Positions 1 through 10,364 are shown, counted from the stretch's first letter. The stretch: 54,370 nt of DNA from Clostridia bacterium (GCA_017461065.1 JAFTZC010000014.1:1-54370); one strand, 5' to 3'. Notes: generated by a model from the sequence alone, not told the origin. Translations and numbers: made by a program.

Positions 1-48
1 AAATCGGGGGATATATTATATCTCCAAAACGATATTCCGTGAGGTAGT

Positions 49-1131
49 ATGATAAAGGTTATTGCAATTTTTGGTGGCGACTCCACCGAGCACGACGTCA
101 GCATTATAACGGCGGTTGAAGCGATGAACGCCGTAAACTACGTTGACTACAAGGTATACCCGGCATATATATTGGACGGCGCTTGGTACACGGGCGAAGA
201 TATGTTGGAAGTGGGCACTTTTGTGGATTTTGAGCCCAAAAAGCACAAAAAAATAAGGCTAATCGGGCGTGAACTACAGTATCAAAAGGGAAAGCGGTGG
301 AAGCACCTTGACGACGTAGACGTAGCTCTCGTACTAACTCACGGTGGCGTGGGCGAGCGCGGAGAGTTGCAAGGCTACCTTGAGCTACAAGGGTTGCCGT
401 ACACTACGGGAGATAGTTCGGCGCTTAGCTTGTGTATGGATAAGTATCTAACCAAAATTGCCGTAAAGGACTTGGGATACGACGTGGTGGCTGGCGTAAA
501 AATCAGTGACGATTGCCCCGAAACTGCGCTAAAAGTTGCAAAAAAGCTGGGATATCCCTTGTTTGTCAAGCCAAACGGACAGGGCAGTAGTATAGGGGTA
601 GGCTATGCCCTGGGCGAAAAAGAGCTGCTTGAAAAGGTGGAAGTGGCTCTTAGTTACGATGCCCAAGTGCTAATTGAAAGGGGTATGCAAAATTTCGCGG
701 AGTACAACTGCGCCGTGCTTGCGCTTGGAGACACGATAGTGGTTTCCGAAGTGGAAAAACCGCTAACTGCCCACGATTTTTTGAGTTTTGAAGACAAATA
801 TATGGCGTTTTCCAAGGGTGAGAGCTACGATAAGCGCGAGTTCCCTGCAAAAATAAGCGACGAGCTCCGCCAAAAAATAAAATCCATCGCAGGGGATATT
901 TTCCTAAAATTCAATCTAAAAGGGGTGGTGCGCTTTGATTTCATATATGCCGATAAGCTCTATCTCAACGAAATCAACGCCGTACCCGGCTCGCTCGCAC
1001 ACTATCTATTCCCCGACTACACTCATTCGACCTTCCTATCTCTGCTCATCGACGACGCCTTATACCGTAAGAGCAAAAAAAGCGCCGTTTTCAAGTCAAA
1101 CGTACTTAAAATCGGCGCACCTAAAGGTTAA
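49..1131 (+). CDS. ddl: D-alanine--D-alanine ligase
   Basis: IFGGDSTEHDVS N-terminus, HGGVGERGELQG, YPLFVKP-GSSIG and RFDF...LNEINAVPG ATP-grasp motifs; SD GAGGT. Confidence 0.93.
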   Translation: MIKVIAIFGGDSTEHDVSIITAVEAMNAVNYVDYKVYPAYILDGAWYTGEDMLEVGTFVDFEPKKHKKIRLIGRELQYQKGKRWKHLDDVDVALVLTHGGVGERGELQGYLELQGLPYTTGDSSALSLCMDKYLTKIAVKDLGYDVVAGVKISDDCPETALKVAKKLGYPLFVKPNGQGSSIGVGYALGEKELLEKVEVALSYDAQVLIERGMQNFAEYNCAVLALGDTIVVSEVEKPLTAHDFLSFEDKYMAFSKGESYDKREFPAKISDELRQKIKSIAGDIFLKFNLKGVVRFDFIYADKLYLNEINAVPGSLAHYLFPDYTHSTFLSLLIDDALYRKSKKSAVFKSNVLKIGAPKG

Positions 1132-2006
1132 ATTCTAATTTTGTAATAATCCATCATACCTTTAAATTTGTCTTGAGCGGCAAGACAGGTGTCTTTTAGA
1201 TAGCCTTTTTCATTGCGCCACTCGGCAAGCCCACGGTAGTAGAAAAATTTAAGACTTTCGTCAATAATAAAAGGAATTATGCCGTTTTTCAAGCATTCTT
1301 TTAGCATAATTAGTCTACCGATTCTGCCGTTGCCGTCTTGGAAAGGGTGGATAACTTCAAATTTATAGTGGAACTCAAGTATATCCTCAAGCGTAGGCTT
1401 TTTGATTTGATTATATGCTTTGATTAACGCACACAATTCTTCCTTAACCAAGTTGGGTGGCGTAGTTTCTCTGCCACCGACTTGATTGGGGTGTAGCTTA
1501 TAATCACCCACTCTAAACCAATTTTTACGTGAGTCGGAAGTGCCGTTTTTTAGTATAAAATGCAATAGTTTTATTAAATCTTGACTAATAGGCTTGTTTG
1601 CAGTCTCGATTATAATGTCAATTGCGCGGAAGTGATTGGTAGTTTCCACTATATCATCAACTTTGATAGTGGCCTTCGAAAAGCCGCCAATCGTGTTGGT
1701 TTCAAAAATATATCTCGTTTGGTCGTGGGTTAAGGTACTGCCTTCAATGTGGTTAGAGTTGAAAGTAAGATCAACCTGCAATTGATGATAAATTCCACCA
1801 CTGATGCCATTATTTTTTTCCCATAGTAGGGTGTCAAGCAGTTTTTTTCTCTCTAACCTAACGGGCTTATCGGCAATTTCGGGTATATACCACGTTTTTC
1901 CTTTGAGTATGGCGCCATCAACTCTGTTTTCAGAGCAATAAAAACGCACGCTTGGCTCCGAAACGCCCCATTTTTTAGCAGTTTCACTTACGTTTAGATA
2001 TTTCAT
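1128..2006 (-). CDS. Fic-family protein with N-terminal HTH DNA-binding domain
   Basis: Canonical Fic motif HPFQDGNGRIGR and SNHIEG motif; excisionase-like HTH (SETAKKWGVSEPSVR); AT-rich relative to its neighbours. Confidence 0.92.
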   Translation of the reverse strand: MKYLNVSETAKKWGVSEPSVRFYCSENRVDGAILKGKTWYIPEIADKPVRLERKKLLDTLLWEKNNGISGGIYHQLQVDLTFNSNHIEGSTLTHDQTRYIFETNTIGGFSKATIKVDDIVETTNHFRAIDIIIETANKPISQDLIKLLHFILKNGTSDSRKNWFRVGDYKLHPNQVGGRETTPPNLVKEELCALIKAYNQIKKPTLEDILEFHYKFEVIHPFQDGNGRIGRLIMLKECLKNGIIPFIIDESLKFFYYRGLAEWRNEKGYLKDTCLAAQDKFKGMMDYYKIRI

Positions 2007-2025
2007 ACTTAACTTCCTTAGCCTA

Positions 2026-2096
2026 ATTATAACACTTTATCGGCAAAAATACAAGCCTAAATATGATAAAAGTATTGCAAAAATATTGCCGATAAA
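2026..2096 (-). promoter_or_regulatory. sigmaA-type promoter of the fic gene with inverted TTATCGGCAA operator boxes
   Basis: Minus strand TTGTAT-17-TATAAT (2054-2026); TTTATCGGCAA at 2036-2046 and its reverse complement at 2086-2096. Confidence 0.65.
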
Positions 2097-2170
2097 ACGC
2101 GATTCTTTAGCGAATAGCATTGTCAAATGCGAATTTTCTCAAGGCGCAGTAGGTCTACTACAGCAACCTT
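2092..2170 (+). repeat. Partial copy of the ~125-nt hairpin element (left arm plus apical stem-loop)
   Basis: AAGGCGCAGTAG-GTCTA-CTACAGCAACCTT (2141-2170) parallels AGGGCGCAGTAC-GCCAA-GTACAGCAACCCT at ~11438-11467; shares TTTAGCGA in the left arm. Confidence 0.7.
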
Positions 2171-2184
2171 ATTCTTCACTCCCA

Positions 2185-2313
2185 TAAAACGCGTTAGTTT
2201 GGATGAAAGCCGACGGAAAAGATAAAAGCTCACGAAGCGGAGCGTACTTGGCGTACGTGACCGAGTGAGCTTTTGTGTTTTTTCTATTGATTTCGCCAAA
2301 ATAACGCGTTTTA
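2185..2313 (-). repeat. 129-nt imperfect palindromic hairpin element (copy A)
   Basis: 12-bp terminal IR TAAAACGCGTTA/TAACGCGTTTTA; central GTACTTGGCGTAC (2244-2256); begins at the rqcH stop codon. Confidence 0.85.
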
Positions 2314-3981
2314 AGCTTCTTTTTTTGGTGCAACTATAATAGTCTTATAATTAGTATAGGTTACAAGTCCAATCTTGCCGAGTTTCTTGACGTTCTTCCT
2401 TTCGGTGTAGTCCACTTCGACTTTGGTGTCTTCGCGCCCTTCGGAGTAGTAGGCTACTATCTCGGCTACTCGCTCCAAAACGGTAGGGGGAACGGGTTTG
2501 CCTTTTGATAAAATAACCCCGTGGGAGCCGTGATAGGTCTTGGTGTGAAGCCAGGTATCGTTGCTACTTGCCAAGCCAAAAGTGACTTCGTCGTTTTGCA
2601 AATTGTTCTTGCCGACGTATACTTTAAAGCCAGCGATTTCAAGGGATAGTGGGGGAGTTTTCTTGGGCTTTTTCGGGTTCTTTTTGTGGCTGTCTTTTTG
2701 GACTTGTACGGGCAGTTTTTTTAGGCTGTCAAGCTCCGAGTTAATCTCTTGATACTCGGCTTCCGTCGAGCAGTTTTGCACCGCTACCTTTATGGTTTTA
2801 AGGTATTCCTGTAGCTCCAAAAGTCGCTTTAGTTCTTCCCGTGCGTAGGCTTCCGCGCCCTTTGCTTTGTTGTACCGCTTAAAGTACTTTTCTACGTTCT
2901 TTTGGGGCGAAATAAGGGGATCTAAGGTAATTTCTACCAACCCCGTATTATAAAAATCGTCGCAATTTATAATACTCATACCCTTGTTAATGCGGTAAAT
3001 ATTGCATTTTAAAATTTCGCCGAGTTCTCTATAGCGCTCCTTCTTTTCCGTGTCCAAAAGCGTTTGCTCGTTGTCCTTTATTCTACGCTCGGTTTTGTTG
3101 GTAATGGCCTTTAGTTTTTGGTTGAGCTTTAGGGTGTCGCGTTGCTTTTTTAGAGCTTCGCCCGATGCCTTGTAAAAGGCGTCGATTGCGCCCGACAAAG
3201 TGCTCTCTTTTTTGTACTCGCCCTTGTCCATTCTCGATAGGTATGGGTAGGCGAAAAATCCAACGCATTTGCCCTTATTATCCCATTGGCTGACTGGCTC
3301 GAATAAGTCGCTGTGGTAGCTGTCGTCCACAAGGTTGCTTGCAGCGCTAACGCCCATTTGGTTTACGCGTGCCATAAGCTCAAGCGCGCTTTCCTTGCTG
3401 AGTCCGTTTAGTGTGCCGTATACTTTTTTGACTTCACCACTTGCACAAGCAGCGCTAACGGCTTCAAGGTCGGTTATGCTTGCTTTGCTTTTTGGCGGAT
3501 AGGTGTAGCTCGCTCCAGGGAAAACCACCCTTGACTCAAGGTTCATAACTCTTTTTACGGCGTCGATTATCTTGTAGTCTTCGCGAAGCAAAATAATATT
3601 TGAAGCGCCACCCATAATTTCGATAATCAAACGGAAAGTGGTAGCGTCGTTTAGCTCGTTGCGTGCTACGATTGTGAACTCAAAAAGCCTGTCTTCGTTT
3701 AGGATTTTTACGTCTTCCACCACGCCGAACAGGATATGTTTACGCAGTAACATACAAAAATTGGGTGGAGTGGGGGCGTTTTGGAATCTTACCTTGGTAA
3801 AATGCACTCTCGGAGTATCGGCGCGTGCGCTAAGGTACAAAGCGTGATTTTCTCCGCGCGAACGCACGACGAGCACGACTTCGTCGTCCGAGGGCATACC
3901 GATTTTATCAATTCTTCCGTCGGTAAGGATATCCTTCATCTCGTAAGCGAGAGCTTTTAGCGTTACTAAATCGTTTGGCAT
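2311..3981 (-). CDS. rqcH: Rqc2/RqcH (NFACT, FbpA-like) ribosome quality-control protein
   Basis: FCMLLRKH, LIIEIMG..SNIIL, VGKNNLQNDEVT, WLHTK..HGSH and VDYTERKNVKK motifs. Confidence 0.93.
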   Translation of the reverse strand: MPNDLVTLKALAYEMKDILTDGRIDKIGMPSDDEVVLVVRSRGENHALYLSARADTPRVHFTKVRFQNAPTPPNFCMLLRKHILFGVVEDVKILNEDRLFEFTIVARNELNDATTFRLIIEIMGGASNIILLREDYKIIDAVKRVMNLESRVVFPGASYTYPPKSKASITDLEAVSAACASGEVKKVYGTLNGLSKESALELMARVNQMGVSAASNLVDDSYHSDLFEPVSQWDNKGKCVGFFAYPYLSRMDKGEYKKESTLSGAIDAFYKASGEALKKQRDTLKLNQKLKAITNKTERRIKDNEQTLLDTEKKERYRELGEILKCNIYRINKGMSIINCDDFYNTGLVEITLDPLISPQKNVEKYFKRYNKAKGAEAYAREELKRLLELQEYLKTIKVAVQNCSTEAEYQEINSELDSLKKLPVQVQKDSHKKNPKKPKKTPPLSLEIAGFKVYVGKNNLQNDEVTFGLASSNDTWLHTKTYHGSHGVILSKGKPVPPTVLERVAEIVAYYSEGREDTKVEVDYTERKNVKKLGKIGLVTYTNYKTIIVAPKKEA

Positions 3982-3987
3982 ATCTCA

Positions 3988-4016
3988 ATTATAACCAAAC
4001 GGGCTTAACTACGCAA
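3988..4016 (-). promoter_or_regulatory. sigmaA promoter of rqcH (probably leaderless)
   Basis: Minus strand TTGCGT-17-TATAAT, then 6 nt to ATG; no SD. Confidence 0.65.
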
Positions 4017-4043
4017 CCGATTTCTAAGAATTACCAAAAACAG

Positions 4044-4072
4044 TTGCAATTACCCTTTATATTTGTTATTAT
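4044..4072 (+). promoter_or_regulatory. sigmaA promoter of tig
   Basis: TTGCAA-17-TATTAT, divergent from rqcH. Confidence 0.6.
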
Positions 4073-4128
4073 ATACGGGCGCACGCAAAAGCGCATTAAC
4101 TCAAGAACAATTCGGAGGTATATAAATT

Positions 4129-5457
4129 ATGGAGTATTCAGTACAAAAACTCGAAAAATCAAAGGTAGAAATCTCTATTTCTATCGAAAAAGAAGAATGG
4201 ATGAGCTACATCCAAGAAGCTTACAACAAGAATAAGCATCGCTATGCTATCGATGGTTTCCGCAAGGGTAAAGTTCCATTTAACTTTATCGTTAAGAGAT
4301 ACGGCATCGAATTCTTCTTTGAAGACGGCGCAGACATCGCTATGAGCAAGACCTATTCGGAAGTTGTCGAAAAGGAAAAGCTTGACGTTGTATCACGTCC
4401 CGAAGTTGACATCAACAACATTGACGAAGACGGTCTCAAGTTCACCGTTGGCGTAGCAGTATATCCTGAGTTCGAAGTTGCTCAATATACCGGTTTGACC
4501 CTAAAGAAGGTTGTAAACAAGGTTAAGAAGGCAGAAATCGATGCAGAAATCAACCGTGAGCTCGAAGGCAACGCACGTTTCATCAACGTAACCGACCGTG
4601 AAGTACAAAGCGGCGATATGCTAACTCTCGATTATAGTGGCGCAGTTGACGGCGTTAAGTTCGAAGGCGGCACTGCAGAAAAGCAAGCACTCACCATTGG
4701 TTCAAACCAATTCATTCCCGGCTTTGAAGACCAACTTATCGGCAAGAAGATTGGCGAAGAATGTGCTATCACCGTAACTTTCCCTGCTGAATATCACGCA
4801 GCTGACCTTGCAGGCAAGGAAGCAGTATTCACCTGCCTTATCCACGAAATCAAGGTTAAGGAACTCCCTGCACTTGACGACGAATTCGCAAAGGATCTTG
4901 GATTTGATAAGCTAACCGCATACAAAGCAGACGTTAAGGCAAGACTTCAAAAGAAGGCTGACGAGCAAGCTATCACCGAAGAAAACGAAGCACTTCTTTC
5001 AAAGATCGTTGATGCAACCGAAGTTGACATTCCCGATTGTATGATCGAAGAAGAACTTGATAGATTTGTCGGCAATATGAAGGCAAATATGGCACAATAC
5101 GGCCTAAAGTTTGAAGATTATCTCAAATATGCACAAACCACCGAAGAAGCAATCCGTGCAGAGCGCAAAGACGCATGTGCAAAGGAACTCAAGATCGGTA
5201 TTGTAATCGAAGCTATCGTTAAGAAGGAAAATCTCGTACCCACCAAGGAAGACTTCGAGCAAGCTATGGAAAAAGCAGCTGAAGAGCAAGGTATGACCAA
5301 AGAAGAGTTTGCTAAGAGCGCAGACGAACGCACCTATAACTATATGATGACTCGTCTAATGGACGAAAAGCTCATCGCATACCTACGCGAGAACAACACC
5401 TTCGAAGAAAAGAAGAGCACCAAGAAGGCAACTGAAAAGGCAAAAGACGCTGAATAA
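4129..5457 (+). CDS. tig: Trigger factor
   Basis: GFRKGKVP ribosome-binding motif, FKBP domain (FIPGFEDQLIG), SD GGAGG. Confidence 0.97.
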   Translation: MEYSVQKLEKSKVEISISIEKEEWMSYIQEAYNKNKHRYAIDGFRKGKVPFNFIVKRYGIEFFFEDGADIAMSKTYSEVVEKEKLDVVSRPEVDINNIDEDGLKFTVGVAVYPEFEVAQYTGLTLKKVVNKVKKAEIDAEINRELEGNARFINVTDREVQSGDMLTLDYSGAVDGVKFEGGTAEKQALTIGSNQFIPGFEDQLIGKKIGEECAITVTFPAEYHAADLAGKEAVFTCLIHEIKVKELPALDDEFAKDLGFDKLTAYKADVKARLQKKADEQAITEENEALLSKIVDATEVDIPDCMIEEELDRFVGNMKANMAQYGLKFEDYLKYAQTTEEAIRAERKDACAKELKIGIVIEAIVKKENLVPTKEDFEQAMEKAAEEQGMTKEEFAKSADERTYNYMMTRLMDEKLIAYLRENNTFEEKKSTKKATEKAKDAE

Positions 5458-5483
5458 TCTCAAACGCCAAAAATAGCATAAGT

Positions 5484-5512
5484 GCGCCGTTTTGGTCAGA
5501 CTAAAGCGGCGC
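5484..5512 (+). other. GC-rich intergenic hairpin without U-tract between tig and clpP
   Basis: GCGCCGTTTTGGT-CAG-ACTAAAGCGGCGC. Confidence 0.5.
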
Positions 5513-5564
5513 TCTATTGGGTACAATAGTTAGGGGACAAAGCAACGTTATAAGGAGAATTTTT

Positions 5565-6173
5565 ATGGTAAACGAAATCAAATCGGTAATGATGCCGATT
5601 CCAACTGTAATCGAGCAATCCAACAGGGGCTCTACTGCATACGATCTATATTCAAGACTACTTGAAGACAGAATTATTTTCCTAACGGGACAAATTGACG
5701 ATGCGACTGCAAACTTAGTAGTCGGACAGTTGTTATATCTTGAAACTAAGGACCCAACCAAGGATATATGTTTATACATCAACTCACCCGGTGGCTCGGT
5801 TACTGCAGGAATGGCGATATTCGACACTATGAACTACATCAAGTGCGACGTATCGACGATATGCGTAGGTATGGCGGCATCAATGGGCGCATTCCTACTT
5901 GCAGCAGGCACCAAGGGCAAGAGGATTGCTCTTCCCAACAGTGAAGTTATGATTCACCAACCACTCGGCGGAGCACAAGGACAAGCAAGCGACATCAAAA
6001 TCGTTGCCGACCATATCTTGAAAATCAAGGCAAAGCTCAACAAGTTCTTAGCCGAAGCAACGGGCAAGCCCATCGAAGTAATCGAGCGCGACACCGACCG
6101 TGACAACTATATGTCAGCTGAAGAAGCCAAGGCATACGGACTTGTCGACGAAGTTTTCTACACAAGGAAATAG
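5565..6173 (+). CDS. clpP: ATP-dependent Clp protease proteolytic subunit
   Basis: [28 protein letters not shown]; start moved to ATG 5565 after AAGGAG. Confidence 0.97.
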   Translation: MVNEIKSVMMPIPTVIEQSNRGSTAYDLYSRLLEDRIIFLTGQIDDATANLVVGQLLYLETKDPTKDICLYINSPGGSVTAGMAIFDTMNYIKCDVSTICVGMAASMGAFLLAAGTKGKRIALPNSEVMIHQPLGGAQGQASDIKIVADHILKIKAKLNKFLAEATGKPIEVIERDTDRDNYMSAEEAKAYGLVDEVFYTRK

Positions 6174-6181
6174 GGGTATAG

Positions 6182-7411
6182 ATGGAATTTATAGACGAAA
6201 AACTCAATTGTTCCTTCTGTGGCAAGAGTGAAGACGAAGTCGACGTGCTATACGCAGGTCAAGACGGTGCTTTGATATGCAGAGAGTGTGCCGAAAAGCT
6301 TACCGAGCTATTCCGCAAGGAAGAGCTTGCTGCTAAGCCCGTAGGGGATATCAACCTAATATCTCCAAAGGAGATAAAGGCTAAGCTCGACGAGTATATC
6401 GTAGGCCAAGACGAAGCCAAAAAGATACTATCCGTTGCCGTATACAACCACTACAAGCGTATTGCGGCAAAGGGCTCTGATAAGTATAAAGACGTCGTTT
6501 TGGAAAAGAGCAACATACTTATGCTCGGACCGACGGGAAGCGGCAAGACGCTGCTTGCAAAGACGCTTGCAAGCATCTTGAACGTGCCCTTTGCTATTGC
6601 CGATGCAACCGCACTTACCGAAGCAGGTTACGTAGGCGAAGACGTCGAAAACATACTCCTAAAGCTCATACAAGCATCAAAGGGCGACGTCAAGCGTGCC
6701 GAAAAGGGCATCATTTACATTGACGAAATCGACAAAATCTGTCGCAAGTCGGAAAACGTCTCTATCACTCGTGACGTATCGGGCGAAGGCGTACAACAAG
6801 CGCTACTCAAAATTTTGGAGTCTACGGTAGCAAACGTACCACCGCAAGGGGGCAGAAAACATCCCCAGCAGGAGTTTATTCCAATTGATACCACCGATAT
6901 ATTGTTTATATGTGGCGGTGCGTTCGTAGGGCTCGAAAAGATAGTTGACAAGCGCAAGGACACTTCGTCTATCGGCTTTAACGCAAACCTAAGGAACAGC
7001 GAAGAAAGCTACTCCGAGATGATGAGCGACCTACGTCCCGACGACCTAATAAAGTTTGGCTTAATCCCCGAATTCGTAGGCAGAATACCCGTCGTAGCGG
7101 TACTTGACCCACTTGACGAAAAGGCACTCGTCAACATTTTGAAAGAGCCTAAGAACGCGCTCACCAAGCAGTACCAAAAGCTACTTGATATGGACGGCGT
7201 AGAGCTCGAGTTTAGTGACGAAGCGCTAAGCGCCATAGCCGACAAGGCGTTGAAGCTCAAGACGGGCGCAAGAGGACTACGTACGATAGTCGAAAACGCC
7301 ATACTCGGCGTTATGTACGAAGTACCGGGCGACAAGACGATATCAAAAATCGTCATCACACCCGAGTGCATAAGCGGCACCGCCAAGCCCACGATTATAC
7401 GCGTGGCATAG
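6182..7411 (+). CDS. clpX: Clp protease ATP-binding subunit
   Basis: CSFCGK zinc finger, [29 protein letters not shown]. Confidence 0.98.
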   Translation: MEFIDEKLNCSFCGKSEDEVDVLYAGQDGALICRECAEKLTELFRKEELAAKPVGDINLISPKEIKAKLDEYIVGQDEAKKILSVAVYNHYKRIAAKGSDKYKDVVLEKSNILMLGPTGSGKTLLAKTLASILNVPFAIADATALTEAGYVGEDVENILLKLIQASKGDVKRAEKGIIYIDEIDKICRKSENVSITRDVSGEGVQQALLKILESTVANVPPQGGRKHPQQEFIPIDTTDILFICGGAFVGLEKIVDKRKDTSSIGFNANLRNSEESYSEMMSDLRPDDLIKFGLIPEFVGRIPVVAVLDPLDEKALVNILKEPKNALTKQYQKLLDMDGVELEFSDEALSAIADKALKLKTGARGLRTIVENAILGVMYEVPGDKTISKIVITPECISGTAKPTIIRVA

Positions 7412-7433
7412 GTCAAAACACCAATAATTTACA

Positions 7434-7463
7434 TTGATTTTATCACCCTTGCGGTGATAAAAT
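7434..7463 (+). promoter_or_regulatory. Putative lon promoter overlapped by an 11-bp perfect inverted repeat
   Basis: TTGATT-18-TAAAAT; ATTTTATCACC-N5-GGTGATAAAAT at 7437-7463. Confidence 0.5.
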
Positions 7464-7482
7464 TGTCTATAAGGATAAACTT

Positions 7483-9762
7483 ATGAAGAACGCAAGAATG
7501 ATAATGATAGCGACCGAGGAAGTGGTTTTCCCCTACGAGTGCGGAAAGCTACGCGTTACCGAAGACGCTGATATTTTAGCAATACAAAGGGCGGTCAGCG
7601 AGGGCGAAAAGATTGTTCTCGTACCCGTCAGAGTAGGCGAGCGCCCAAAGGACGGCGACGTAGGTATCGTCACCGAAGTGGAGCAATTTATTTACGTCCC
7701 CGAAGACAACGAGGGCGCTATACTAATGTATAAGACGGGCACGCGCCGCAACTACATCCACGAGATGGAGTGCGACGGCATTGCAACCACCGTATCCCTT
7801 GCATCTTGTCCTTTTTACGACTCTGGCGACGAGTTCACTCTCCGCACTTATTTTGAGCGCGCAAGCGAGCTGTTTATGAATCTTAGCGGCATTCTAAAGG
7901 GTGTCAACGGCAGCGCGATTAGGCTTGAGTACGATAGCGTAAACACCGATATTGATGCAATCGTAATTTGGCTAAAGACGGCAGATAAGTATCTATTCTT
8001 CACTTGCTTGGATACCGAAACACGCCTAATGGAGTTTTGCAAGGCACTTGATATGGAAGTATACGCAATGGGCCTTGATATCCAAGTTGCAGAAAAAGTT
8101 CGCACGTCTATGGACCAAAGCCAACGCGAGTATTACGTACGCGAGCAAATACGCGCTCTCTCCGAAGAAATCGGGGATGAAGACGAAGAAGGTCAATATC
8201 TTCAAAAGATAGATAACCTTTTGACCACCGATGCTAACAAGGAAAAATTCCGTCGCGAAGTTCGTAGGTTGAAGCGTACTGCGCCTGCAAGTCCCGATAT
8301 GGCGCTAATCAAAAACTATCTCGACACCATTTTGGAGCTTCCTTGGGGCGTATATACCGACGACAACGAAGACCTCAAGGTGGCAAAGAAAGTTCTTGAC
8401 GAAGACCACTACGGCATCAACAAGGTTAAGGAAAGGCTTATCGAAGCGCTTGCAGTAAGAAAGCTATCCAAAGAGGGTAGGAGTCCCATCATTTGTTTGG
8501 TAGGCCCGCCCGGAATTGGCAAAACTTCTATTGCAAAGTCCATTGCAAGGGCGATGAACAAAAAATACGTTCGTTTGAGCTTTGGCGGCGTACGTGACGA
8601 AGCTGAAATTCGCGGACACCGCAAGACCTACGTAGGCGCAATGCCGGGTAGAATTATCACGTCCATACAATCGGCTGGCAGTATGAACCCCGTATTCCTA
8701 ATGGACGAAATCGACAAGATGGCGTCCGACTACAAGGGTGACCCTGCAAGTGCGTTACTTGAAGTATTGGACCCTGCACAAAACGTCAACTTCCGCGACC
8801 ACTTCTTGGAAGTACCTTTTGATTTATCCAAGGTATTGTTTATCGTTACGGCAAACACGCTCGATACCATTTCAAGACCGCTCCTTGACAGAATGGAAGT
8901 CATCGAAATGACGGGCTATACCGCTCCCGAAAAGTTGGAAATTGCTATGCGCTATATCATTCCACGCGCACTTGAGCAAAACGGCGTAGACAAAAAGTGG
9001 ATGAGCATTGATAGGGACACCGTAAGTCATATCATCGAGTATTACACCCGCGAAGCAGGTGTTAGAATGCTCGAAAAGCAAATCAACGCAGTTGTACGCA
9101 AGGTTGCACGCAAGTACGTCGAAAACCCACGCACGCGCAAAGTTAAAATAAATAAGGATAATATTAAGGATTATCTTGGCGAGCCCGTCGTGCTACCCTC
9201 AAAAGGCCCACGCAAGGACGAAGTAGGCGTAGTAACAGGTCTTGCTTGGAACGCGGTTGGCGGAGACATCACCGAAGTAGAAGTTGCCTACTCAAAGGGC
9301 AAGGGCAATTTGGTGCTTACGGGCAGTCTTGGCGACGTTATAAAGGAAAGTGCTAAGATAGCAATAAGCTATCTTAAAGTACACGCAAGCGAGTATGGTA
9401 TCGCTGACGATTTCTTTGAGAAGCACGATATCCATATCCATATGCCCGAAGGTGCCGTTCCAAAGGACGGACCAAGCGCAGGCATCACCTTTACTACGGC
9501 AATTTGCTCGGCAATTACGGGCAAAAAGGTACGTGGCAATGTTGCAATGACGGGTGAAATTAGTCTTGTCGGCAAGGTACTGCCAATCGGTGGACTAAAG
9601 GAAAAGACGCTTGCAGCCCTTCGTGAAGGGATTGTCAAGGTATTCCTACCCGAAGACAACCGCAAGGACTACAAGGAGCTACCCGAGCTTGTAAAGGAAA
9701 AGATAGAATTCAGATACGTAGAGCGCGTAGAAGACGTGCTAAAGGAAGCGATAATATGGTAA
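7483..9762 (+). CDS. lon: Lon protease (divergent N-domain)
   Basis: GPPGIGKTS, EIRGHRKTYVGAMPG and PKDGPSAG catalytic motif. Confidence 0.96.
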   Translation: MKNARMIMIATEEVVFPYECGKLRVTEDADILAIQRAVSEGEKIVLVPVRVGERPKDGDVGIVTEVEQFIYVPEDNEGAILMYKTGTRRNYIHEMECDGIATTVSLASCPFYDSGDEFTLRTYFERASELFMNLSGILKGVNGSAIRLEYDSVNTDIDAIVIWLKTADKYLFFTCLDTETRLMEFCKALDMEVYAMGLDIQVAEKVRTSMDQSQREYYVREQIRALSEEIGDEDEEGQYLQKIDNLLTTDANKEKFRREVRRLKRTAPASPDMALIKNYLDTILELPWGVYTDDNEDLKVAKKVLDEDHYGINKVKERLIEALAVRKLSKEGRSPIICLVGPPGIGKTSIAKSIARAMNKKYVRLSFGGVRDEAEIRGHRKTYVGAMPGRIITSIQSAGSMNPVFLMDEIDKMASDYKGDPASALLEVLDPAQNVNFRDHFLEVPFDLSKVLFIVTANTLDTISRPLLDRMEVIEMTGYTAPEKLEIAMRYIIPRALEQNGVDKKWMSIDRDTVSHIIEYYTREAGVRMLEKQINAVVRKVARKYVENPRTRKVKINKDNIKDYLGEPVVLPSKGPRKDEVGVVTGLAWNAVGGDITEVEVAYSKGKGNLVLTGSLGDVIKESAKIAISYLKVHASEYGIADDFFEKHDIHIHMPEGAVPKDGPSAGITFTTAICSAITGKKVRGNVAMTGEISLVGKVLPIGGLKEKTLAALREGIVKVFLPEDNRKDYKELPELVKEKIEFRYVERVEDVLKEAIIW

Positions 9763-10364
9763 TCAAAAACGCAGAATTTATCACGAGCGCAGGCACGGTC
9801 GAGCAAATCATCAAGGGTAGTACCCCCGAAATCGCGGTAGTAGGCCGCTCCAACGTAGGCAAGTCGAGTTTTATCAACTTTATGTGCAACCACGGTCGTC
9901 TTGCCAAGACGTCCAAGGAGCCGGGCAGAACTCGTCTAATCAACTACTTTGACGTCAACAAGGGCGAATTCATCTTCGTTGACCTACCTGGCTATGGTTT
10001 TGCCAAGGTAAACGATAACGAAAAGGCCAAGTGGGGCAAGATAATTGAAGCATACCTTCAAGAAAGCACGGGGCTCAAAAACGTTTTCGTGCTACTTGAC
10101 ATTAGGCGCGAGCCAAATGCCGACGACGTCCAAATGCTCAACTACCTATACCACTACAACATACCTTTCACCATCATTGCCACCAAGGGCGACAAGCTTA
10201 GCCGTAGTGCAGGCTTAAAGCGCAAAAGAGAGATAGCAAACGCCCTTAAAGTAGGTGTTGGCAACGTACTTTTGACGTCCAGCCTAAACAAGAGCGGCGC
10301 ACAAGAAGTTCTTGACCGAATTGAAAACATTTTGGAAGTAGAAGAACTTCCCATTGAAGAATAG
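9756..10364 (+). CDS. engB: Ribosome biogenesis GTPase YihA/YsxC
   Basis: GRSNVGKSS, DLPGYG, TKGDK; follows lon. Confidence 0.96.
   Translation: MVIKNAEFITSAGTVEQIIKGSTPEIAVVGRSNVGKSSFINFMCNHGRLAKTSKEPGRTRLINYFDVNKGEFIFVDLPGYGFAKVNDNEKAKWGKIIEAYLQESTGLKNVFVLLDIRREPNADDVQMLNYLYHYNIPFTIIATKGDKLSRSAGLKRKREIANALKVGVGNVLLTSSLNKSGAQEVLDRIENILEVEELPIEE

Noticed and set aside
49-1131. Vancomycin-resistance D-Ala-D-Lac ligase
   Set aside because: The omega loop ends in KY as in D-Ala-D-Ala ligases, and no van genes are adjacent in the window.
2185-2313. Plain intrinsic terminator or classical MITE
   Set aside because: Too long, with conserved internal loops; terminal repeats differ between copies, unlike MITE TIRs. 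A terminator side-role is not excluded.
7441-7459. Resemblance to phage lambda OR3 (TATCACCGCAAGGG on the minus strand, recalled from memory)
   Set aside because: No phage context and an unrelated host; treated as coincidence.
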